Positions 35,604 through 44,209 of a stretch of DNA of 64,000 nucleotides are shown here, piece by piece. The notes beneath the pieces are model-generated. The model saw nothing but the letters and a program-made list of their open reading frames with translations. It had not been told where the DNA came from and did no database searches. Within the stretch, counting starts at the first letter, position 1, and every line of letters starts with the position of its first letter. Source of the stretch: Acidimicrobiia bacterium (GTDB lineage: Bacteria > Actinomycetota > Acidimicrobiia > Acidimicrobiales > CATQHL01); contig VXXM01000073.1 of assembly GCA_009835395.1 (NCBI GenBank), positions 82-64,081 on the forward strand. Direction: 5' to 3'. Both the position numbers and the translations under genes were made by a program.

Positions 35604-37024
35604 GCCTGCGGGGCCGGTACGGCCTGATCCGCGGATGGCGCGTGGTGCCCGCCTCCCAGGTGAGTCTCCGGGCACGTGTCGGGCTGCTGGCATTTGCCGG
35701 AGTGATCCTGGGAGTCGGGTTGGCCGTTGGCGGCGGGTATTACTTCGCCCAACGAGAGCTGCACCAGGAGGTTGACCAGTTCCTGGCGCGTCGCGCTCAC
35801 GCGGTCTCGGAGGTGTTGGAGAATCCGTCCGGCCTCGCGCAACAGCGCCAACGCGGCGCCCGGCCAGTCATTGGCAGGATTCCGCTCGCCGACTTCGACG
35901 CCCAAGTGCAGATCCTCAATGCCGCCGGTCGGCCCGTCTTCGCCGTCAGCGACGTGCCACTGCCGGTCGGTGCCGACGACAGGCTGCTCGCCGTCGAGGG
36001 TGGGGAACCGCTGCGCCGCACGGTCACCCTCGACGGGCAGCGCTACCGGATGCTGACCAGCGCGCTCGACGGGAACGGCGCGGTGCAGGTCGCACGGGAT
36101 CTGGGCGAGACCGACCGGGCACTGAACGACCTGCTCCGGCGAACGATCCCGCTGGGCGTGATCCTGGCGACCGTGGCAGCCGCCATGGCGTGGTTGCTGG
36201 CGCGCCGGGCACTCCGGCCAATCGAGCAACTCACGAGCGCCACCGAGCGCGTCGCGCAGACCAAGGAACTGGCCGGCACGATCGAGGCCACCAGGGACGA
36301 CGAGGTCGGACGCCTCGCCCGCAGCTTCAACTCCATGCTCGAGGCGCTGCAGACGTCGCGCCGCCAGCAGCAGCGACTTGTTGCGGACGCCGGGCACGAG
36401 CTGCGCACTCCCCTGACCAGCATGCGTACCAATATCGAGCACCTGCAGCGCGTCGAGTCCCTGGGCGAGGAGGCGCGACGCCGCATCCTCGTCGACGTCA
36501 ACGCGGAACTCCGGGAACTCGGCGATCTGGTGGCCGAGTTGGTGGAGTTGGCCAGCGAAACCGGGGCGGCGGACGAACCGCTGGCGACAATCGAGCTGGC
36601 CGACCTGGCCGAAGGCGCCGCGGCGCGCGCCCGCCGCCGCACCAACCGTGACATCACCACCGTGGCCGAGTTCGCGGGCACCGTCCAAGGGCAGCGGGGA
36701 TCCCTGGAGCGAGCTGTGGACAATCTCGTGGGCAACGCCCTCAAGTTCAGCCCCGAGGACACCCCTATCCGTCTCGTGACAAGCGGAGGGCGCCTCGAGG
36801 TCCACGACTGCGGACCGGGCATTCCTACCGAGGATCAGCCTCTGATCTTCGAGCGATTCTTCCGCTCGGCGGGAACGCGCTCGGAGCCGGGATCGGGTCT
36901 CGGCCTAGCCATCGTCAAGCAGATCGTCGAGCGCCATGGCGGCCGAGTCTGGGCCGGCGCGTCCCCGGAGGGAGGGGCCGCGGTCGGCTTCGAGATCCCG
37001 ACCGGCGAGGCGGACGACCACTAG
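35600..37024 (+). CDS. Sensor histidine kinase (TM-sensor-HAMP-HisKA-HATPase_c)
   Basis: 474 aa. GTGA overlap with the regulator stop. H-box DAGHELRTPLTS, N-box VDNLVGNALKFSP, G-boxes DCGPGI and GSGLGLAIV. Confidence 0.9.
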   Translation: MSLRGRYGLIRGWRVVPASQVSLRARVGLLAFAGVILGVGLAVGGGYYFAQRELHQEVDQFLARRAHAVSEVLENPSGLAQQRQRGARPVIGRIPLADFDAQVQILNAAGRPVFAVSDVPLPVGADDRLLAVEGGEPLRRTVTLDGQRYRMLTSALDGNGAVQVARDLGETDRALNDLLRRTIPLGVILATVAAAMAWLLARRALRPIEQLTSATERVAQTKELAGTIEATRDDEVGRLARSFNSMLEALQTSRRQQQRLVADAGHELRTPLTSMRTNIEHLQRVESLGEEARRRILVDVNAELRELGDLVAELVELASETGAADEPLATIELADLAEGAAARARRRTNRDITTVAEFAGTVQGQRGSLERAVDNLVGNALKFSPEDTPIRLVTSGGRLEVHDCGPGIPTEDQPLIFERFFRSAGTRSEPGSGLGLAIVKQIVERHGGRVWAGASPEGGAAVGFEIPTGEADDH

Positions 37025-37112
37025 CGCAGCAGGTGCGTCGCTATCAGCGGATGCCTCTGGGCTCGGGGCCAGACCGAACCGGAGACGGCGCCGAGCAGGG
37101 GAACTGGCACCC

Positions 37113-37970
37113 TCAGCCCGGTTCGGGGCCGGTGGCGACGGGGCGGTCGAGGTCGGCCCCCCAGGCGGACCAGGAGCCCACGAACAGCCGGCCGGGGCCG
37201 AGGCCGGCCACTTCGAGTGCCAGCAGGTCAAGGTTGGCGCTGACGCCCGACCCGCAGTACGCCACCACCTCGGCAGCGCCGTCGACTCCCACCGCTGCGT
37301 AGCTCCGCCCCAGCTCGTCGGGACTCCGGAGCGTGCCGTCGGGCATCAGATTGGCGGCGCAGGGCGCGCTCACCGCGCCCGGGATGTGCCCGAAACGGGG
37401 ATCGATGGCGTTGGGCTCACCCCGGTAGCGCTCGGAGGAGCGGGCGTCGAGAACCACGGTCCCCCGATCGCGGCTCGCCGCATCCACCTCGGTGACGGAG
37501 GCGAACGATTCCGGCGGCCACGGGCGTGGCGTGAAACGGGCGGGCGAGATCTCCGGACACTCGGTGCTGAGCGCGCCCGGCCAGGCCGCGAGGCCGCCGT
37601 CGAGAACCGCCACAGGCTCTCCGAGCGAGCGCAGCATCCACCAGAGCCGCCCCGCCACCATGCCCGAGGCGTCGTCGTAGACCACGACCCCGCAGCCGTC
37701 GCCGATGCCGGACGCGCCGAGCGCGGCGGCGAAGTCCTCCGGGGTGGGCAGCGGGTGGCGGCCGCCGACGGCGCTCGACGGGGCGGACAGATCCTTGTCG
37801 AGATCCACGAACACAGCGCCCGGAATGTGTCCCGCCTCGTAGGCGGCTCGGCCCGAGCGGCCGTCGAGGTACCAGCGCACGTCGGCGACGACCACATTGT
37901 CGAGGTTGGCCTGCAGCCAGGCGCCGCTGACGACGGGTCCCGGCAGTTCGGCGCCGGCGGGCGAACCCAC
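37113..37970 (-). CDS. Tandem-rhodanese sulfurtransferase (3-mercaptopyruvate/thiosulfate type)
   Basis: 285 aa from GTG 37970, one nt after the upstream stop. GHIPGAVFVDLD in domain 1 and active-site loop YCGSGVSA in domain 2. The track ORF's extra 40 codons overlap the crotonase gene. Confidence 0.85.
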   Translation of the reverse strand: MGSPAGAELPGPVVSGAWLQANLDNVVVADVRWYLDGRSGRAAYEAGHIPGAVFVDLDKDLSAPSSAVGGRHPLPTPEDFAAALGASGIGDGCGVVVYDDASGMVAGRLWWMLRSLGEPVAVLDGGLAAWPGALSTECPEISPARFTPRPWPPESFASVTEVDAASRDRGTVVLDARSSERYRGEPNAIDPRFGHIPGAVSAPCAANLMPDGTLRSPDELGRSYAAVGVDGAAEVVAYCGSGVSANLDLLALEVAGLGPGRLFVGSWSAWGADLDRPVATGPEPG

Positions 37971-37971
37971 G

Positions 37972-38754
37972 TCAGCGTCCCACGAAGCTGGCCTTGCCGG
38001 GGCCGTGCTCGACGAAGCTCTGGACGCCGATGCGCGCATCCTCGGTGGCGAAGGCGGCGACGAACTCCCTGGACTCCAGGTCGAGGGCATCGTCGAGCGG
38101 CAGGCCGAAGCCGTCGTTCATGGCGGTCTTGGCGTACCGCAGCGCCGCGGGTCCCGCGGCGAAGCGCTCGGCCATGGCCACCGCCCGGTCGTACGTCTCC
38201 GCTGCGGGGTGCACGGCATCGGCCAGACCGATGGCCAGGGCCTCCTCGGCGGTCACACGGCGGCCGCTGTAGATGATCTCCTTGGCGCGGCTGAGGCCCA
38301 CGAGGCGCGGCAGGCGCTGCGTGCCGCCCGCGCCGGGGATGATGCCCAGCAGGATCTCCGGCTGACCGAAGACCGCGTCGTCCGCCGCCACGCGGAAGTC
38401 GGCGGCCATCGCCAACTCACAACCGCCGCCGAGGGCGTACCCGTTCACGGCCGCCACCAGAACCTGCGGAATGCACTCCAACTGCCGTAGAGCACCGGTC
38501 AGACTCACGGGTGCTCCCGCGCCGCCGCCGGAGCCGCCGGGGCGGAATTCCTTGATGTCGGCACCGGCGGCGAAGATTCTGGGGCCTCCCCACAAGACGG
38601 CGGCGCGAGTGTCCGAGCGCCCTCGCAACTCCTCGGCCACGGCGGCGATCTCCGCCGACACCGCATTGCTCAGGGCGTTCATTTTCGGTCGATCCAGGCG
38701 GATCGTCGCCACGCCCGGCGCGGCGTCGTGTTGGAGGTGGACGAATTCGCTCAT
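37972..38754 (-). CDS. Enoyl-CoA hydratase/isomerase (crotonase) family protein
   Basis: 260 aa. RPKMNAL, FAAGADIKE, NGYALGGGCELAMAAD, GIIPGAGGTQRL. Confidence 0.85.
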   Translation of the reverse strand: MSEFVHLQHDAAPGVATIRLDRPKMNALSNAVSAEIAAVAEELRGRSDTRAAVLWGGPRIFAAGADIKEFRPGGSGGGAGAPVSLTGALRQLECIPQVLVAAVNGYALGGGCELAMAADFRVAADDAVFGQPEILLGIIPGAGGTQRLPRLVGLSRAKEIIYSGRRVTAEEALAIGLADAVHPAAETYDRAVAMAERFAAGPAALRYAKTAMNDGFGLPLDDALDLESREFVAAFATEDARIGVQSFVEHGPGKASFVGR

Positions 38755-38765
38755 GGCGGGTCAAG

Positions 38766-38978
38766 CTATCCGGCCACGAGACTGGCCAACGCCCAGATGG
38801 CGGCAACCGTGCCGACGGCGATCATGACGAGGCTCCGCGCCAGTGGCGGGCGGGGCAGGTCCTCGCCCGCGCCACCGGGAGGCCGTGGCCGGGTGAGGGC
38901 CAGGATGTTGCCGACGGCCATCGCGCCGCCGAGGGCCAGGACGAGCCAGCGCAGGATGTCGTCGCCGAGGAAGACCAC
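38766..38978 (-). CDS. Small two-TM membrane protein (hypothetical)
   Basis: 70-aa ORF from GTG 38978, 4 nt after the dnaB stop. Two hydrophobic helices (WLVLALGGAMAVGNILAL; LVMIAVGTVAAIWALASLVA). No recognisable family. Confidence 0.35.
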   Translation of the reverse strand: MVFLGDDILRWLVLALGGAMAVGNILALTRPRPPGGAGEDLPRPPLARSLVMIAVGTVAAIWALASLVAG

Positions 38979-38982
38979 GCGC

Positions 38983-40425
38983 TCAGAACTCCCCTTCCGA
39001 CGAGCGCTGGCTGAGGTTGTCGAAGCGCGTGTAGTGCGGCAGGAAAGCCAGCTTGACGACCCCGGTGGGCCCGGTGCGGTGCTTGGCGACATGCAGCTCG
39101 GCGATACCGCGGTCGGAGGTGTCGGAGTTGTACATCTCGTCGCGGTACAGGAACATGACCACATCGGCGTCCTGCTCGATGGCGCCGGACTCGCGCAGGT
39201 CCGCCAGCATCGGCCGCTTGTCGGCACGGCTCTCCGGAGCGCGGGACAGCTGTGAGAGCGCCACCACCGGGCACTCCAGTTCGCGGGCCAGGATCTTCAG
39301 CCCCCGGCTCATCTCACTGACCTCCACCTGGCGGCTCTCGGCGCCGATCCGGCCACCCATCAGCTGCAGGTAGTCGACGACCACGAGGCCCAGATCGCCC
39401 CATTCGGCATGCTTGCGGCGCGCCTTGGCGCGGATCTCCAGAACCGAGGTGTTGGGGTTGTCGTCGATCCACAGCGGTGCCTCGGCGAGATGCCCCACAG
39501 CGGCGTTGACGCGCTTCCAATCGTTGTCGCTGAGACGGCCCGAGCGGATGTTCTGCGTGCTGACCTGCGCCTCGGAGCACAGCAGCCGCTGGGTCAACTC
39601 CAGATGGCTCATCTCCAGGGAGAAGAACAGCACCGGCCGGCGGGCGTCCATGGCGGCCGCGGCGGCCATGCCCAGCGCCAGGGAGGTCTTGCCGATGCCC
39701 GGACGGGCACCGAGGATGACCAGCGTGGACGGCTGCAGACCCAGCAGGAGGTTGTCCAGGTCGGTGTAGCCGGTCGGCACGCCGGTGAGGCTCTGACCGT
39801 GCTGGTACAGCTTCTCCAGGTGCTCCACGCCCTTGTCGATGAGCGTGTAGAGCGACTCCAGTGTCGTGGCCGAGCTCCCGCTGGCGACCGAGAAGATCAT
39901 CGACTCGGCCTGATCCAACGCCGCGTCGACATCCGCGGGCCGGCTGTAGGCCAACTCGGCGACCTCGCCGGCCGCGCCGATCAGCCGCCTGAGGGTGGCG
40001 TTCTTGGCCACGATTCCGGCGTAGTGCGCGGCGTTGCCCGCCACCGGCGTGCTGGCCTGAATCTCCACGAGAGCACCGGCGCCGCCCACGGACTCCAGCA
40101 GCCCGTTCCGCTGCAACTCCGCCGCCACGGTGACGGTGTCCACCGGTTCACCGGCGCCGTACAGCGCGGCGACGGCGTCGAAGGCGTGGGCGTGCGCGGG
40201 CCGGTAGAAATCCTCCGCGGCGGTCAACTCCACCGCATCGGCGATGGCCTCGGCGGTCAGGAGCATCGCCCCCAGCAGCGCCCGCTCCGCCGCGAGGTCG
40301 TGCGGCGGCACCCGTCCCGGCGCTCCCTGGCCCGGCCGGTCGGCGTCGCCACGGCGCGCCGCGACGGCGCCCTCGCGGGCACCGGATCCGGGCTGCAGGG
40401 TGCTCGAAGTGGTGGTCATGGTCAC
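38983..40425 (-). CDS. dnaB: Replicative DNA helicase DnaB (no intein)
   Basis: 480 aa. N-terminal PPHDLAAERALLGAML, Walker A GARPGIGKTS, Walker B VVVDYLQLM, SQLSR and the C-terminal RecA-like core. Confidence 0.95.
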   Translation of the reverse strand: MTMTTTSSTLQPGSGAREGAVAARRGDADRPGQGAPGRVPPHDLAAERALLGAMLLTAEAIADAVELTAAEDFYRPAHAHAFDAVAALYGAGEPVDTVTVAAELQRNGLLESVGGAGALVEIQASTPVAGNAAHYAGIVAKNATLRRLIGAAGEVAELAYSRPADVDAALDQAESMIFSVASGSSATTLESLYTLIDKGVEHLEKLYQHGQSLTGVPTGYTDLDNLLLGLQPSTLVILGARPGIGKTSLALGMAAAAAMDARRPVLFFSLEMSHLELTQRLLCSEAQVSTQNIRSGRLSDNDWKRVNAAVGHLAEAPLWIDDNPNTSVLEIRAKARRKHAEWGDLGLVVVDYLQLMGGRIGAESRQVEVSEMSRGLKILARELECPVVALSQLSRAPESRADKRPMLADLRESGAIEQDADVVMFLYRDEMYNSDTSDRGIAELHVAKHRTGPTGVVKLAFLPHYTRFDNLSQRSSEGEF

Positions 40426-40530
40426 CGCTTCAATGTGCGACGGGGGTGTGACAGCGTCCCCCGAGGGAGTTCAGTTGAACGATGGGGCCCGAGGGCCGGA
40501 AGGCCGGATATCCGCAGGCGCGGTCCCGGC

Positions 40531-40600
40531 GAGGTCCCTTTCGGGGACTAGCGACCGGGCAGGCCGCTCATTCCCGTGCGTCCCCGGGCGTGCCGGGGAC
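40531..40600 (-). terminator. Two hairpins between ssb and dnaB (possible attenuator/terminator)
   Basis: On the minus strand after the ssb stop: GTCCCCGG-cacgc-CCGGGGAC (8-bp stem, plus-strand coords 40580..40600) and GTCCC-cgaaa-GGGAC (about 40531..40551). No U-tracts. Confidence 0.3.
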
Positions 40601-40615
40601 CTGGATCCGGTCTGC

Positions 40616-41071
40616 TCAGAAAGGTTCTTCGTCGCCGTAGGAGGGCGCCGCAGCCCGCGCGGGGCTCCCCTCGGGCGCAGCGGTCCGCCGCGGGGCAGTC
40701 CCGTTGCCCTCCCGGAACTCGTTGCGGTTGACCTGAGCGGAGGCCCAGCGCAGGCTGGGCGCCACTTCGTCGGCCACGATCTCGACCTTCGACCGGCGCT
40801 CACCATCGGGCGTGTCCCAGGAACGTTGGTCCAGCCGGCCATAGACGATGACCCGAGTGCCCTTGGTGATGGACTCCGCAACGTTCTCGGCCAGCGAACG
40901 CCAACAAGTGACGTCGAAGAACGAGACCTCCTCCACCTGTTCGCCACCTCGCTCGTAGCGGCGATTCCACGCCACGCCGAAGTTGCAGACCGGCGATCCC
41001 GAGGGCGTGAACCGCAACTCGGGATCGCGTGTGACATTTCCAACAATCGACACTGTGTTATCGAATGCCAT
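40616..41071 (-). CDS. ssb: Single-stranded DNA-binding protein
   Basis: 151 aa. OB-fold N-terminus (VSIVGNVTRDPELRFTPSG), a Gly/Pro/Ala-rich linker and the acidic C-terminal tip DEEPF. Confidence 0.95.
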   Translation of the reverse strand: MAFDNTVSIVGNVTRDPELRFTPSGSPVCNFGVAWNRRYERGGEQVEEVSFFDVTCWRSLAENVAESITKGTRVIVYGRLDQRSWDTPDGERRSKVEIVADEVAPSLRWASAQVNRNEFREGNGTAPRRTAAPEGSPARAAAPSYGDEEPF

Positions 41072-41347
41072 CTGAACTCTCCTCCTTCGTTCCTCCGCAA
41101 CATCTTAGTACAGATGTTCGGACACACCACTTCGGCCGGACGCCGGGGCGCTCGGCATGATCGCGCCACCGGCCTGGGGGGCGCTTGTCAAAGCCCTAGG
41201 GATTTGGGGGGCAAAACCCGCCCTCGACAGTGGATGGACCGCGGGATCCGCGGGGATCATCGGGGGGAAACCGAGAGGCGATTTGTGAACAAGACGCCCA
41301 GCGTGGGCACAACGACGGCGACCGACGTCGACATTCGCACTAAGAAT
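41072..41347 (-). ncRNA. Long structured 5' leader of ssb, or independent C-rich-loop sRNA (6C-like candidate)
   Basis: About 275 nt between a promoter-like element and the ssb start. The transcribed (minus) strand carries three C6 tracts (plus-strand G6 at 41176-81, 41206-11, 41262-67). One lies in the loop of hairpin GGGUUU-UGCCCCCC-AAAUCC. A 7-bp hairpin AACATCT-gtacta-AGATGTT (41100..41119) abuts the ssb SD. Confidence 0.3.
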
Positions 41348-41353
41348 CAGCAT

Positions 41354-41381
41354 ACTATATTGAAACGTATTGACTTTACAA
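41354..41381 (-). promoter_or_regulatory. Sigma-70/SigA-like promoter candidate for ssb
   Basis: Minus strand reads TTGTAA-16 nt-TATAGT inside the most AT-rich island of the region (41341-41385). No ORF start nearby. Confidence 0.4.
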
Positions 41382-41409
41382 CAACGCGTGCAGTGCCCAC
41401 GCGCTTGAG

Positions 41410-41859
41410 TCACTCTTCGGCAATGACCTCGACGCTCACCTCAGCGGCGACTTCGGGGTGGGGTTTCACCGGCACCACGTAGCTCCCGACCTCTTTGATC
41501 GGCTCGGGAATCTCCAGCATCTCCGGGTCGAGCACCACCCGTTCCTGCTCCGCGATGGCCGCGGCAAGGTTCGCCGCGTTCACAGACCCGTAGAGGCGGC
41601 CGGCCTCGCCGGCACGCGCCACGACGCGAATACTGCATCCCGCGAGCCGCCCGGCCATCTCCTGGGCCTCGCTCAGCACCGCCGCGTCGGCGATCTCGCG
41701 GCGTCGGCGCATGGCCTCGGCCTCGCGCTCGGAGCCTCGTGTGGCGCGTATCGCCAGGCCCTTCGGAATGAGGTAGTTCTGTGCGTAGCCGTCGGCCACC
41801 TCACAGATGTCACCCCGCCGGCCGAGAGACGGCACCTCGTCGCGCAGCACCACTTTCAC
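41410..41859 (-). CDS. rplI: 50S ribosomal protein L9
   Basis: 149 aa. [39 protein letters not shown] start in a GTGA overlap with the rpsR stop. Confidence 0.9.
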   Translation of the reverse strand: MKVVLRDEVPSLGRRGDICEVADGYAQNYLIPKGLAIRATRGSEREAEAMRRRREIADAAVLSEAQEMAGRLAGCSIRVVARAGEAGRLYGSVNAANLAAAIAEQERVVLDPEMLEIPEPIKEVGSYVVPVKPHPEVAAEVSVEVIAEE

Positions 41860-42347
41860 GACGCCGTCTCCCCCGTGTCCTCCCGAGCTCCCTCGTCCTC
41901 CCGGGCTCCCTCGTCCTCCGGAACCCCTGCAACCTCCGGAGCCTCCGCGTCCTCAGGAACCACGGCCTCCTCGGCTGCGAGGGCCGGCGGGGGCGGGGGC
42001 ACACTCGGCGGGCTCGGGGCCGAACCATCGCGCCAGCCCGGGCCGCCCTCGCCGCGCGGGCCGCCGCTGCGGCCGGCGCCGCGCTGGGTCGTGATCCGGT
42101 TGGCGTACGGCAGCAAGGCCATCTCCCGGGCGTTCTTGATCGCACGGGCGACGGTGCGCTGCTGCTGCGCGTCGTTGCCCGTCACACGGCGGGCACGGAT
42201 CTTGCCCCGATCCGACATGAAGCGGCGCAGCAGGTCCACATCCTTGTAGTCGATGTACTCCACGCGCTTGTGGGTGAGGACGCTGACCTTCTTCTTGCCT
42301 CTGCGGACGTTGTCCCGGCTCTTGGCGCGCGGGCGGCTCTTGGACAT
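41856..42347 (-). CDS. rpsR: 30S ribosomal protein S18 with ~75-aa Pro/Glu-rich C-terminal extension
   Basis: 163 aa from ATG 42347 (GGAGGAG upstream). S18 core ([51 protein letters not shown]) followed by an acidic/proline tail. Confidence 0.85.
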   Translation of the reverse strand: MSKSRPRAKSRDNVRRGKKKVSVLTHKRVEYIDYKDVDLLRRFMSDRGKIRARRVTGNDAQQQRTVARAIKNAREMALLPYANRITTQRGAGRSGGPRGEGGPGWRDGSAPSPPSVPPPPPALAAEEAVVPEDAEAPEVAGVPEDEGAREDEGAREDTGETAS

Positions 42348-42369
42348 GGTCTCCTCCGGTACGGGCGGG

Positions 42370-42726
42370 CTAGGAGGCTTCGGCGGCGACGGGATCGGGT
42401 GACGTTCCGAGCAGACCGCGCCGGGCGGCTTCGGAGTCGGGCAGCCGGATGAGCTTGTGACGGACCACCGCGTCCTGCAGGCGGAGCGACCGCTCGAAGC
42501 CCGACAGGTCGAGCCCGTCGCCGACGAACTCGATGACCACGTAGTAGCCCTCGTGCAGGTGGTCGATCTCGTAGGCGAACCGGCGCTTGGGCCAGCGGTT
42601 GACCCGCTCGGGATCGACTTCGATGCCCAGTGATGCCAGCCCGGACAGCGCCCGCCCGAGTGGCTCATCGACGGCGTCCTCGGCCAGATCGCCGCGATAG
42701 ATGATCATCAACTCGTACGCCCTCAC
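42370..42726 (-). CDS. rpsF: 30S ribosomal protein S6
   Basis: 118 aa. [14 protein letters not shown] ... [23 protein letters not shown] start with GGAGG upstream. Confidence 0.9.
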   Translation of the reverse strand: MRAYELMIIYRGDLAEDAVDEPLGRALSGLASLGIEVDPERVNRWPKRRFAYEIDHLHEGYYVVIEFVGDGLDLSGFERSLRLQDAVVRHKLIRLPDSEAARRGLLGTSPDPVAAEAS

Positions 42727-42848
42727 GGAAACAGGGCACCTCCTCTGGTCCTGCGGATGCAGGGCCCCGCCGTACGGTCCGGCGGAGCAGGCTCTCGATT
42801 GAAGATCACCCTACCGGCACTCGCCGCGGGCCGGCGCGGTGGCCGAAC

Positions 42849-43703
42849 TCAGGAGGCGTAGAGCCCCAGCGCGGCGGCTTCGGTGGAGTTCAGCGAGTAC
42901 GACTCCTGCGGCGACGGGAACCGGCCCGAGCGCACGTCGGCAGCGAAACGGCCGAGCGCCTCGACGGTGGCGTCGCCGAGGTCCGCGTAGCGACGAACGA
43001 ACCGGGGGCGCAGATCGTCCTGCAGACCCAGCAGGTCGTGATACACAAGCACCTGGCCGTCGCAGTCCGGGCCCGCTCCGATGCCTACCGTCGGCACGCC
43101 GACGGCCTCGGTGATGAGCCCGGCCACGTCGGCGGGAACGCCCTCCAGCACGACCGCGAAGCAGCCGGCGTGCTCGAGGGCCTTGGCGCTCTCGACCAGC
43201 TGCATCGCCGCCTCGGCAGTGCGCCCCTGAACCCGGAACCCGCCCAGGGCGTGGACCGATTGAGGTGTGAGGCCGACGTGACCCATGACCGGAATCTCAG
43301 CCGCCACCAGGGCTTCGATCATCGGGACCCGCCCGGTGCCCCCCTCCAGCTTCACGGCCTGCGCGCCGGCGCGGATGAGCCGGGCCGCATTGCAGATGGT
43401 GTCTTGGGGCGACACGTGGTAACTCAGCCACGGCAGGTCGGCCACGATGAGCGCGTCGGGCTCGGCCCGGGCAACGGCGGCGGTGTGATGGACCATGTCC
43501 TCGACGGTGACGCTGAGCGTGTCCGGATAGCCCAGGACCACCATGGCCAGGGAATCACCCACGAGCAGCATGTCGACGCCGGCCGCATCGGCCAGTCTTG
43601 CTCCCGGAGCGTCGTAGGCGGTCACCATGACGAGCGGTTCGCCGCCGGCGCGCGCTTTGCGCGCCCGAACGGCGGGAACGGTGAGACGAGTGCCCATGGG
43701 CAC
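42849..43703 (-). CDS. panB: 3-methyl-2-oxobutanoate hydroxymethyltransferase
   Basis: 284 aa. MVTAYDA, LLVGDSLAMV, KLEGG, MGHVGLTPQS. Confidence 0.9.
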   Translation of the reverse strand: MPMGTRLTVPAVRARKARAGGEPLVMVTAYDAPGARLADAAGVDMLLVGDSLAMVVLGYPDTLSVTVEDMVHHTAAVARAEPDALIVADLPWLSYHVSPQDTICNAARLIRAGAQAVKLEGGTGRVPMIEALVAAEIPVMGHVGLTPQSVHALGGFRVQGRTAEAAMQLVESAKALEHAGCFAVVLEGVPADVAGLITEAVGVPTVGIGAGPDCDGQVLVYHDLLGLQDDLRPRFVRRYADLGDATVEALGRFAADVRSGRFPSPQESYSLNSTEAAALGLYAS

Positions 43704-43798
43704 CTCCTTTTCGGTGTCCAGCGCGCAAGGCTGCCGGCAGGTGCCAGCGTAGCCGGACAGTCGGCGGGTACCGCCTCAGGTGCGGTCCCCCGAGCCTG

Positions 43799-44197
43799 TC
43801 AGCGCGCGCCCGCGACGCCGAAGCGGAACCGGAGGTGGTTCCAGGAACAGTCCGAGCAGACCTCCACCACGTAGCAGGTGAAGTCCCCCTTGCGCCGGCG
43901 GATCCGGTCCCAGTCCCCGTTCGTGGCCACGCAGCGGCCGTTCGGGGGCAGGCGAGGTCCGAAGACGTACCGGACGAGGACGAGCGGCCCATCACCGCAG
44001 AGCGGGCAGGGCTCGCCGGTCTCCTCGCTGTAGGACCGCGCCGCTCGCAGCAGCTCCGGGTGCGCGTCGCAGGCATCCGCCCGGCTGATGCGTCCCTGGC
44101 GGACGCCGGTCAGCGTGGCCTCCCGCAGCAGCCGGTAGTCCACCCTTCCCAGCCCCCGGGTGGGGGCGTACAGCGCTGCCGGATCCGTCGTCACCAC
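43799..44197 (-). CDS. Conserved actinobacterial zinc-ribbon protein (DUF5318-like)
   Basis: 132 aa with paired Cys motifs CPLCG ... CSDCSWNH. Family name recalled from memory, not searched. Confidence 0.5.
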   Translation of the reverse strand: MVTTDPAALYAPTRGLGRVDYRLLREATLTGVRQGRISRADACDAHPELLRAARSYSEETGEPCPLCGDGPLVLVRYVFGPRLPPNGRCVATNGDWDRIRRRKGDFTCYVVEVCSDCSWNHLRFRFGVAGAR

Positions 44198-44209
44198 GCA
44201 AGACAGTAC

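Noticed and set aside
38822-39274. ORFs 38822..39274 and 38766..39227 overlapping the dnaB 3' end
   Set aside because: Most of their length is out-of-frame overlap with dnaB. Only the last 70 codons of 38766..39227, downstream of the dnaB stop, were kept as a low-confidence small membrane protein.
42727-42848. rpsF leader as the S6:S18-binding autoregulatory RNA motif
   Set aside because: The position is right and some GC hairpins are possible. I could not identify the conserved motif by eye, and it needs a covariance-model search.
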